Part shown: piece by piece, positions 44,940 to 52,570 of the stretch
Position numbering within the stretch: the first letter of the stretch is position 1
How the letters are laid out: each line of letters begins with the position of its first letter
Source of the DNA: Clostridium sp. CAG:524
GTDB taxonomy: Bacteria > Bacillota_I > Bacilli_A > RF39 > UBA660
Direction: 5' to 3'
Assembly (NCBI GenBank): GCA_000434555.1
Contig: FR880111.1
Location: 2,161 to 66,160, forward strand
DNA: 64,000 bases
Notes under the pieces: generated by a model
What the model saw: the letters and a program-made list of their open reading frames with translations, nothing else
Databases searched by the model: none
Told to the model about the DNA's origin: nothing
Made by a program: the position numbers and the translations under genes

Positions 44940-45839
44940 ATGTATATTGAGATATTTGTTATTGCTGCTATAATTGCATTCATATATTTCTATCGTAAAA
45001 ATACTGGCGATAATTCATATAAATTTTTAGCAAATCAAGTAGCTGGCACATATGAAAAATATGCTCCATATTCATTTAAAGTTGTTCGTGAGAAAGCAAA
45101 AGAACTCGGACAAGAATATACAACACGTCAGTATGTAATTCAAATAGCATTATTTGGAGTAGGTGCTGCATTTATATCATATTTATATTTCTATAGTATT
45201 ATATGGAGTATAATTTATGCTACATGTGCAATACTTATTATTCCATATTTAACGTTTATGAGGTGCAAAAAAGCCTATAGTGAATTTATATTTGAGCAAA
45301 TACAAGTATATTCAACTAACGTAATTATGGAATTTAATACAACACAATCATTTGTTAAAGCGCTTGAAGGAGTAAGAGATTCTGGAGTTCTTGAAGAACC
45401 ACTTCTTGGAGATGTAAAAGAAATGATTAACATGTCATATGAAAATGGTACGATAGATGAAGCCATTAGATTCATGAATGAAAAATATGATTACTATGTA
45501 ATAAAGAATATGCATCAATTATTCATTCAAATTACAAAAGAAGGTTCTAAAGATTCAGGTGTTGCACTTGAAGGTATGCTTCAAGACATAGATATGCTAG
45601 TTGAAAATGTATATCGTGATAGAATAGATAGAACATCATTCTATAAACAATTTGTAACCTTCGGATTAGCACTATATCTATTAGTATTATTAGTTCAATT
45701 ACTTCTTGGTAACAACTCATATATAAAACTATTAAATAATCCTTTAGTTGTTATATTATTACATGGAGTAATACTTATAAACTCATATTTCTTACTATCA
45801 GGTATTAAGTATTATCATGAGGATGTGGGGGCTGAATAA
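44940..45839 (+). CDS. TadB-like (T2SS F-type) inner-membrane platform protein
   Basis: The topology is one N-terminal TM, two TM helices, a soluble helical domain and two C-terminal TM helices. It sits immediately after the ATPase gene. Confidence 0.6.
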   Translation: MYIEIFVIAAIIAFIYFYRKNTGDNSYKFLANQVAGTYEKYAPYSFKVVREKAKELGQEYTTRQYVIQIALFGVGAAFISYLYFYSIIWSIIYATCAILIIPYLTFMRCKKAYSEFIFEQIQVYSTNVIMEFNTTQSFVKALEGVRDSGVLEEPLLGDVKEMINMSYENGTIDEAIRFMNEKYDYYVIKNMHQLFIQITKEGSKDSGVALEGMLQDIDMLVENVYRDRIDRTSFYKQFVTFGLALYLLVLLVQLLLGNNSYIKLLNNPLVVILLHGVILINSYFLLSGIKYYHEDVGAE

Positions 45840-46630
45840 TGGAAATATTAATTGTTGGTATTATAATGATATTCTTATTTAATTATTTAAATTTGTTTAA
45901 TTTTAATAAGTTTGTCAGCGATAATAAATCTGTATTTAATAAATTAAAAGAAGACGATTACGAGTTCTTATTAGTTGCAAAGTATGGCGATAAAGTTGAT
46001 CCTATTTTAAGATATCAAAAAAGAGTTAAAACAGCTATCGTTACAATGTTAATAGGAACAATAGCAGCTATGACACTTGCAAATGATATTAATTTTGCAT
46101 TAAAGTTAGTTATAGCATTTGTAATTACTTATCTTATGTTTAAAGATGAATATAATAGGCTTAAATCATTTTATAAAGTGCATTTACATGATATAAACTT
46201 AAAATTACCATATTATTTAAAAAGTTTAGAAATATTAATTCAACATTACACTGTACCAGTTGCATTAACCAGAAGTTTAGAACAAGCTCCAGAAATGTTT
46301 AAACCTGGTCTACGTGAATTAATTGCGTCTATTGATGCTGGAGATTCTTCAGTTGAACCATATATGGCATTTGCAAAACGATATCCAGTTAGAGATTCAA
46401 TGAGAATGATGAGACTTCTTTATAGACTTAGTTTAGGTAGTCAAGAAAGAAAGCAAGAACAACTTGAAACCTTCTCAAGAACTATATCAGCATTACAAGC
46501 TAAATCAAGAGAAACTAAATATAAAGAAAGACTTGATAAGATGGAAAAGAAAACAATGACAATGCTTACTGCAACAGGAGCAGGTGTTATGATTATATTA
46601 CTACTATCAATCATGCAAATTATGGGATAA
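45839..46630 (+). CDS. TadC-like (T2SS F-type) inner-membrane platform protein
   Basis: 1-nt overlap with the tadB-like gene. The TM/soluble-domain layout is similar. Confidence 0.6.
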   Translation: MEILIVGIIMIFLFNYLNLFNFNKFVSDNKSVFNKLKEDDYEFLLVAKYGDKVDPILRYQKRVKTAIVTMLIGTIAAMTLANDINFALKLVIAFVITYLMFKDEYNRLKSFYKVHLHDINLKLPYYLKSLEILIQHYTVPVALTRSLEQAPEMFKPGLRELIASIDAGDSSVEPYMAFAKRYPVRDSMRMMRLLYRLSLGSQERKQEQLETFSRTISALQAKSRETKYKERLDKMEKKTMTMLTATGAGVMIILLLSIMQIMG

Positions 46631-46645
46631 TAATGTAAATTATAC

Positions 46646-46674
46646 TTGAATATAAAAATATTGTATTGTATAAT
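46646..46674 (+). promoter_or_regulatory. Strong internal sigma-A promoter for the pilin candidate (-35 TTGAAT, 17 nt spacer, -10 TATAAT)
   Basis: TTGAAT at 46646-46651 and TATAAT at 46669-46674. The RBS AAAGGAGGA follows at about 46689. Confidence 0.6.
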
Positions 46675-46704
46675 TAACTTAGATAATAAAGGAGGAAGAT
46701 ATAA

Positions 46705-46989
46705 ATGAAGGAAGCTACAGGAGAATTAAATATGACAGTTGTAACATTAGTAGCGGTTGCTGCAGTTGCTGCATTATTCTATTTCTTTTTATGGCCAATG
46801 ATTCAAAAAATGGTTGCTAATCAAACATGTAGTACATATGGTAATGGTTGGACAGCTAAATATGTTAAAGAAATTTCAGGAGCAACAGGAACTGATGCTA
46901 AGGTTAATGAGTATATGTGTTGTCCAAAAGATTCAAGTGGCAATGTTGTAGAAGATACTACAAAATGTATCAGTATTGAAAATAAATAG
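46705..46989 (+). CDS. Small pilin candidate (Flp-like size, non-canonical leader, 5 Cys in the C-terminal part)
   Basis: 94 aa. MKEATGELNMTVVTLVAVAAVAALFYFFLWPMI is a short charged leader ending in Gly followed by a hydrophobic helix. The C-terminal part contains the Cys-bearing strings CSTYGNGW, YMCCPKD and TKCISI. The gene has its own promoter and is followed by a hairpin. Confidence 0.55.
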   Translation: MKEATGELNMTVVTLVAVAAVAALFYFFLWPMIQKMVANQTCSTYGNGWTAKYVKEISGATGTDAKVNEYMCCPKDSSGNVVEDTTKCISIENK

Positions 46990-47027
46990 TAAATATTTGT
47001 ATATCAAAAATTAATATTAAATAAAGT

Positions 47028-47064
47028 GGCTATAGGTGATGTCATGTCACTTGTAGCTGTTTTT
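47028..47064 (+). terminator. Imperfect stem-loop plus T5; candidate partial terminator/attenuator after the pilin gene
   Basis: ggctataggtgat-gtcat-gtcacttgtagct forms a 13-bp stem including G.U pairs. It is followed by g-ttttt. Confidence 0.45.
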
Positions 47065-47084
47065 AATAAAGAGGGAAGTGTAAA

Positions 47085-47609
47085 ATGAGAGAATCTATTG
47101 GAGGATTATGGCTATTTAGTATAGTAATAACATTTATTGTTTTATTTGTAAGTTTCCTTGCATATTCAATTAGTTATACTAGAGCATTTAAGGTTAAAAA
47201 TGAAATAATTAATTATATTGAAAGAGCGGAAGGATTTACTAAGTCTGATAGGGATATCCGTTCTATTACATATGAAGAATTATCAGCTATGGATAATCCA
47301 ACAGTAGATATTCAAGCATATGTACAAATACAAAATATTGGTTACAATTATTCTATAGCAGATCAAGTTGATTGTAGTCAATATGGATATGGACATAATC
47401 AAGTTGGAGGTTATTGCCTTAAAAGATTTTGCCCTAATAATGAAAATGGTGCTAAAATATATTACAAAGTAACTACATTTATAGCATTTAAAATTCCAAT
47501 ATTAAATTTTATATTTAAAATTCCAATCACTGGAGAAACAAAAGCATTATATTATGATCAAACGTCTGCAATAGAATGTGATGAAATGCGTTATGGTTAT
47601 CAAAACTAA
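47085..47609 (+). CDS. TadE-like pseudopilin / minor pilin candidate
   Basis: The N-terminus is MRESIGGLWLFSIVITFIVLFVSFLAYSI. The extracellular part carries Cys in DCSQYGYGHNQVGGYCLKRFCPNN and IECDE. Confidence 0.5.
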   Translation: MRESIGGLWLFSIVITFIVLFVSFLAYSISYTRAFKVKNEIINYIERAEGFTKSDRDIRSITYEELSAMDNPTVDIQAYVQIQNIGYNYSIADQVDCSQYGYGHNQVGGYCLKRFCPNNENGAKIYYKVTTFIAFKIPILNFIFKIPITGETKALYYDQTSAIECDEMRYGYQN

Positions 47610-47624
47610 GGAGGTTATAAAAAA

Positions 47625-48569
47625 ATGAATGTAATGGTTGTTAATAAATACAAAGAACTTCTAATGGGACTTAACATTGAAGTTATGAAGTCCATGGAAG
47701 GTGTATTTAATGTAGATGAAATTATTGATACTTTCACTAATTTCTATTATGATAAAATGATTTTAGATATTACAGCTATTCGTGATTATCAAAATACAGA
47801 TAATTTACAAAAACTAGCTATGAATATCAATATGGAAAATGTAATATTATTACTTGATGATAGTCCTGAAACTGAAACTAAATCATATTTATCTAAATTA
47901 ATATCACTTGGTATTTACAATTTTACTCGTAATGCTGAAGGTATTAATTATTTGCTTGTTCACCCACATACATATAGAGATGTAGTAAATATTCATAATT
48001 TACAAGATTTAGATGGTGGATATGGTGAAGGTGGAGATACTACTATAACTAATAATTATAGTGGTAAAATGAGAATTATTGGATTTAAAAATATGACTCA
48101 ACACGCTGGAGCTACAACACTTATATATTTACTTAGAAAAGCTTTATCAGGTAATAAAACAGTTGGAGCAATTGAAGTAAACAAAGTAGATTTCTTGTAT
48201 TTTAATGATAAAGAATTAGTTAGTACAACTACATCTGAGTTACCTAAAGAACTTATGAAAAAACAATTATGTGACATAGTTTTAGTAGATTTAAATGATT
48301 ATGATGATGTATCTATATGTTCACAAGTATATTATCTAATAGAACCATCAACTATTATGATAAATAAGATGTTACGTAAGAATAAATCTGTTCTTGAAAC
48401 ACTTAAGAATGAAAAAGTAGTACTTAATAAATGTGTTTTAAATAGTGAAGATGTTGCTACATTTGAATATGAAACAAAACTTAAAGTGTTTGCGACTATA
48501 CCACCAGTTGATGATAGACAAGAAAATATAGAACCAATCAATAAATTTATTGAAAAAATGATTTTATAA
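47625..48569 (+). CDS. TadZ/CpaE-like protein: receiver-like N-domain plus degenerate ParA/MinD-type ATPase domain
   Basis: MRIIGFKNMTQHAGATTLIYLLRKAL occupies the position of the deviant Walker A but has no Lys-Gly-Gly. IVLVDLND is Walker-B-like. The N-terminal ~120 aa are CheY-fold-like (MILDITAIRD). Confidence 0.5.
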   Translation: MNVMVVNKYKELLMGLNIEVMKSMEGVFNVDEIIDTFTNFYYDKMILDITAIRDYQNTDNLQKLAMNINMENVILLLDDSPETETKSYLSKLISLGIYNFTRNAEGINYLLVHPHTYRDVVNIHNLQDLDGGYGEGGDTTITNNYSGKMRIIGFKNMTQHAGATTLIYLLRKALSGNKTVGAIEVNKVDFLYFNDKELVSTTTSELPKELMKKQLCDIVLVDLNDYDDVSICSQVYYLIEPSTIMINKMLRKNKSVLETLKNEKVVLNKCVLNSEDVATFEYETKLKVFATIPPVDDRQENIEPINKFIEKMIL

Positions 48570-48639
48570 TAGTCTATAATATTGACAAAATAGTATAATT
48601 TATATTAAAATTGATATAGAGAAGGAGAATGAAATAAAT

Positions 48640-48996
48640 ATGTTAGATTTAATTTATACGTTAACTATTAATTCAGCAAATGATTTGTGTAAACAAATGG
48701 AACCTATTCTTCGTTTAGTTGGTATTGTTGTATTTGCTATTAAGGTTGTTGTACCTATTATATTAATTGTTGTAGGTATGTTAGACCTAGCTAAAGCAGT
48801 TACTGAAAAGAATGAAGATAATATTAAGAAAGCACAACAAGCATTAATTAAAAAGGCTATTGCTGCTGTTATCGTATTCTTAATAGTTACTATTGTTGCT
48901 TTACTAATGAATTTAATAGGTAATAAAGATTATGAAAAATGTATGACATGTATTAATGATCCATGGTCATGTAGTACTGGACAAACAGGACAATAA
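48640..48996 (+). CDS. Small two-TM membrane protein with Cys-rich tail (VirB2/TrbC-like topology)
   Basis: The first TM is LRLVGIVVFAIKVVVPIILIVVGML, followed by a charged loop. The second TM is AIAAVIVFLIVTIVALLMNLI. The tail is CMTCINDPWSCSTGQ. Confidence 0.45.
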   Translation: MLDLIYTLTINSANDLCKQMEPILRLVGIVVFAIKVVVPIILIVVGMLDLAKAVTEKNEDNIKKAQQALIKKAIAAVIVFLIVTIVALLMNLIGNKDYEKCMTCINDPWSCSTGQTGQ

Positions 48997-48998
48997 TT

Positions 48999-49023
48999 AA
49001 AAGTTCAAAAGAACTTTTTTTTT
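48999..49023 (+). terminator. Strong rho-independent terminator ending the Tad-like locus
   Basis: The sequence is aaaagttc-aaaa-gaactttt followed by a T-run. Confidence 0.7.
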
Positions 49024-49099
49024 GACCATTAAAATGTAAAGTGCGAGTATAAATTGAAATATTATTAATAAAATGGTATAATTTATTTGAGGAATTAGT

Positions 49100-51145
49100 A
49101 TGAAAAGGAAATTTGATTTTAAAAAGATATTAAAAAGTATTAAAAAGTTTATTACAAAGTATGCAAGTACTAATATTTTATTTTTAAGTTATGTAATAAT
49201 AAGTTTATTATTAGGATTTGCAATTAGATTATTTACTATAGGAGCACCTATATATTTTAGAGCAACAATAGCTGATTTAATGTTTGTTCTATTTGTTGGA
49301 GCATTTGGCTATTTAATAAGGCCTAGGTATCAATTTAGGTATTTTTTGATATGGATATTATTTTATACATTCTTATGTATAGGTAATACAATATATTACC
49401 AATTTTATCAATCATTCTTATCAGTAAATCTTATAAGTACTGCATCAATGCTTGGTGAAGTAAACGATTCAGTATTCGATAAACTAAATGTATATCAATT
49501 TTTATATTTGATATTTCCTTGTATATTTATATTTATACATACAAGGCTTAGTAAAAAGAACTATTATTTTGAAATAGAAAAGACTAATAAAGATAGAAAG
49601 AATTTTATATATACACTAGGAGCATCTGTAATATTTATAGTCATTATTGCATGTGGACTTACTGGTACAGATACTAGTAGACTTATTAAGCAATGGAATA
49701 GAGAATATTTAGTACGTCAATTTGGTATATATTCTTATACAGTAAATGATTTAGTACAAAGTGTGCAACCTAAAATAAATACTTTATTTGGTTATGATGA
49801 AGCAGCATTAAATTTTAGAGAATTTTACGCTTGTAAATTTGAAAAAGAAACTAAAGTAAATAAATATACTAATAAATTTAAAGGCAGAAATGTTATATTT
49901 ATTCATGCTGAAAGCATGCAGAATTTCTTAGTTAATTTAAAAATAAATGGCGAAGAAGTTACACCTAATTTAAATAAACTTGCTAGTGAGGGAATGTATT
50001 TTGATAGATTTTATCCTCAAATAAGTATAGGTACTTCTAGTGATACAGAATTTACATTAAATACTGGTCTTATGCCATCATCAAGTGGTACAGTTTTTGT
50101 AAACTATTACAATAGAAAATATTATGCATTACCTAATTACTTTAATGAGATGGGCTATTACACATTTAGTGCACATGCTAATGCAGCTGATTATTGGAAT
50201 AGAAAAACTATGCATAAGACACTTGGCTACAAAGATTTCTATGCTAAAGATACATTTGATGTTCCAACTGATACAAAATCTAAAGATTGGGTAGGACTTG
50301 GACTTAGTGATAAATCATTCTTTAATCAACTAATACCTATCTTAAAAAATATAAAAGAAACTAAATCACCATTCTATGGTACAGTTATTACATTATCAAA
50401 TCACTCACCATTTAATGATTTAACTAAATATGATCCATTTGAAGTAACAATGAAATACACTTACACAGATGAAAAAGGTAAGAAACAAGAGGGAGTAGCT
50501 CCATATTTAGAAAAAACATCTATGGGAAATTATATAAGAAGTGCACATTATGCTGATGCAGCTTTAGGCGAATTTATAAATTTACTTAGAGATAATGGAC
50601 TACTTGATAATACAATGATCATGTTATATGGTGATCACGAAGCAAGACTTTCTAAGAACCAATTTAATCTATTATATAATTATGATCCAGTAACACAAGA
50701 TATTAAAGACGAAAATGATCCTACATATGTAAGTATGGAAAACTATAATTATGATTTACTTAAAAATACACCATTTATAATATGGAATAATAAAGAAAAA
50801 TATAAAAAGACTATAAGTAATGTTATGGGAATGTATGATGTTCTTCCAACTATGGCCAATATGTTTGGATTTAAAGAAAAATATGCTCTTGGTCATGATA
50901 TATTCAGTGATAATGAAAAAATAGTAGTATTCCCTAATGGTAATGTTCTTACTAATAAAGTATACTATAGCAGTCTTAATGATGAATACGTAGCACTTAC
51001 AGATGAACCTATTAGTGTTGATTATATTGATAGTCTAAAGACTTATGCTTCTAATATACTTGAAGTATCTAATGGAATTGTAACACATGATTTAATAAAA
51101 AATGAAGAAGATAAAATAGGAGAATGCAAAAATGAAAAAAAATAA
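49100..51145 (+). CDS. ltaS: Lipoteichoic acid synthase family protein (LtaS-type sulfatase-fold)
   Basis: Five N-terminal TM helices. The extracellular domain carries FIHAESMQNF, the catalytic-Thr block GTSSDTEFTLNTGL, and MLYGDHEA. Confidence 0.8.
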   Translation: MKRKFDFKKILKSIKKFITKYASTNILFLSYVIISLLLGFAIRLFTIGAPIYFRATIADLMFVLFVGAFGYLIRPRYQFRYFLIWILFYTFLCIGNTIYYQFYQSFLSVNLISTASMLGEVNDSVFDKLNVYQFLYLIFPCIFIFIHTRLSKKNYYFEIEKTNKDRKNFIYTLGASVIFIVIIACGLTGTDTSRLIKQWNREYLVRQFGIYSYTVNDLVQSVQPKINTLFGYDEAALNFREFYACKFEKETKVNKYTNKFKGRNVIFIHAESMQNFLVNLKINGEEVTPNLNKLASEGMYFDRFYPQISIGTSSDTEFTLNTGLMPSSSGTVFVNYYNRKYYALPNYFNEMGYYTFSAHANAADYWNRKTMHKTLGYKDFYAKDTFDVPTDTKSKDWVGLGLSDKSFFNQLIPILKNIKETKSPFYGTVITLSNHSPFNDLTKYDPFEVTMKYTYTDEKGKKQEGVAPYLEKTSMGNYIRSAHYADAALGEFINLLRDNGLLDNTMIMLYGDHEARLSKNQFNLLYNYDPVTQDIKDENDPTYVSMENYNYDLLKNTPFIIWNNKEKYKKTISNVMGMYDVLPTMANMFGFKEKYALGHDIFSDNEKIVVFPNGNVLTNKVYYSSLNDEYVALTDEPISVDYIDSLKTYASNILEVSNGIVTHDLIKNEEDKIGECKNEKK

Positions 51146-51743
51146 GGGTAGAGGAGTAATTGTTATATTTATAATAGTAGGTATTATATTATTTGGATAC
51201 CTTGGATATAGAGTTAAAAATGATTTCTTTAAAGGCTCAGAAAGAAAGAAACTTGATTCTATAGAATTATATGGATATACTTTATCTAAGAATGATACAG
51301 AGATTTATAAAACATATTTTAAAGAGCTTAGTAAGGTATTAAATGAAAAAACTATAGATTATACTGAATATGCTAAATTAATCTCAAAACTTTTTGTAAT
51401 TGACTTGTATACTCTTGATAATAAATTAGCTAGTACTGATATAGGAGGTCTTGAATTCTTACATAAAGATTTAAAAGATAATTTTAAAGAAAATATGGGA
51501 AGTACATTATATAACTTTGTTGAAAGTAATATAGATGGAAAAAGAACACAAGAACTACCTATTGTAAAAGATGTAAATGTAAGCGATGTATTTGAAACAA
51601 AATACACATATAATAAAACTGAATATGATGCATATATAGTTAGTACTGACATTACATATGAAAAAGATTTAGGATACCCTAAAAGTATGAAATTAACTAT
51701 TATTAAAGATAATAACATATTGTATATTGTTAAAGGCGAGTAA
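51132..51743 (+). CDS. Membrane-anchored hypothetical protein
   Basis: 14-nt overlap with ltaS. TM is VIVIFIIVGIILFGYLGY. No family recognised. Confidence 0.5.
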   Translation: MKKNKGRGVIVIFIIVGIILFGYLGYRVKNDFFKGSERKKLDSIELYGYTLSKNDTEIYKTYFKELSKVLNEKTIDYTEYAKLISKLFVIDLYTLDNKLASTDIGGLEFLHKDLKDNFKENMGSTLYNFVESNIDGKRTQELPIVKDVNVSDVFETKYTYNKTEYDAYIVSTDITYEKDLGYPKSMKLTIIKDNNILYIVKGE

Positions 51744-51816
51744 TTCGTCTTTTTCTTTTAATTCTATGGCTTTTATTTATTATTTATGTTATCATTATAT
51801 ATAATAGGAGTGAATA

Positions 51817-52512
51817 ATGAAAAGGGAATTATTTTATATAAAAGATTTAGATGAATTTACATTATTAGATTTTGCTATTATAGTAATACTTATAGTAAAT
51901 TTATTTTTACACTTAAAAGGATTTAATGAAATATTTTTTAGTATATCAACACTAATATGTTTTTTACTATGTATGTTAAAAGTATATCTATATTTTAAAG
52001 AGAATAAGAATGATGGATATATTAATACAATAAGACATCCAATTATAATAAATGATAAAGATATATACATTCTTCATGATAATTTTAACTTTATTAATAT
52101 AGTAGCTGCTATACTTGTTATATTGTTACTTTCAGTTGTAGTAATGTCTATATTTATTAAATCGTTTAATCTTTTTGATACAATTGTTAAGTATTTATCT
52201 TTATCAAGTATATATATATTCTTAATTGATATCTTATTTATAACAGCGATAGTTATAGTTGAAAGTAAATTTATTTTTAGAAGCTTAAATATCAAATATA
52301 TAGAAAAGAACATAAACAATTTAGATAAAATAATTAATTCTAAAAAGTTTAAAATAGATAAAATAGAAGATATTAGTTTAACAAATAATAATACTTACAT
52401 GGCAATGTATGAAAATGCTATTAACAATATTATATTTGATTCTAAATATGAAAGATATAATGATTTAATATTACTTATTAATGAAAGATGTAGTTTAACG
52501 GAAGAAAAATAA
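51817..52512 (+). CDS. Polytopic membrane hypothetical protein
   Basis: Four hydrophobic helices and no recognisable motif. In particular there is no GxGD prepilin-peptidase motif. Confidence 0.45.
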   Translation: MKRELFYIKDLDEFTLLDFAIIVILIVNLFLHLKGFNEIFFSISTLICFLLCMLKVYLYFKENKNDGYINTIRHPIIINDKDIYILHDNFNFINIVAAILVILLLSVVVMSIFIKSFNLFDTIVKYLSLSSIYIFLIDILFITAIVIVESKFIFRSLNIKYIEKNINNLDKIINSKKFKIDKIEDISLTNNNTYMAMYENAINNIIFDSKYERYNDLILLINERCSLTEEK

Positions 52513-52537
52513 ACATTCAATTAAATATTGAATGTTT
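52511..52537 (+). terminator. Hairpin terminator
   Basis: The sequence is aaacattcaat-taaat-attgaatgttt. The stem ends in a T-run. Confidence 0.55.
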
Positions 52538-52545
52538 TTAAATCC

Positions 52546-52570
52546 TAAAAAAAAGATTCTATTGAATCTT
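52546..52570 (-). terminator. Rho-independent terminator of the minus-strand LCP operon
   Basis: On the minus strand the sequence is aagattc-aata-gaatctt followed by tttttttt. Confidence 0.6.

Noticed and set aside
48571-48639. TTGACA hexamer (about 48582) upstream of the 118-aa gene, considered as a promoter -35.
   Set aside because: The TATAAT immediately following is only 6 nt away, and no acceptable -10 lies at 16-18 nt. I did not call it, although some promoter probably exists in this gap.
41927-48996. Interpretation of the VirB11-like ATPase, the VirB2-like small protein and the surface proteins as a conjugative T4SS, ICE or plasmid segment.
   Set aside because: No relaxase, coupling protein (VirD4/TcpA/FtsK-like), VirB4-like ATPase, integrase, replication gene or flanking direct repeats are seen. 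The TadB/TadC-like and CpaB-like genes fit a Tad-type pilus better.
51817-52512. Candidate for the missing prepilin peptidase, since it is a polytopic membrane protein near the Tad-like locus.
   Set aside because: It has no GxGD or paired-Asp motif of A24 peptidases. It is separated from the locus by ltaS and a terminator.
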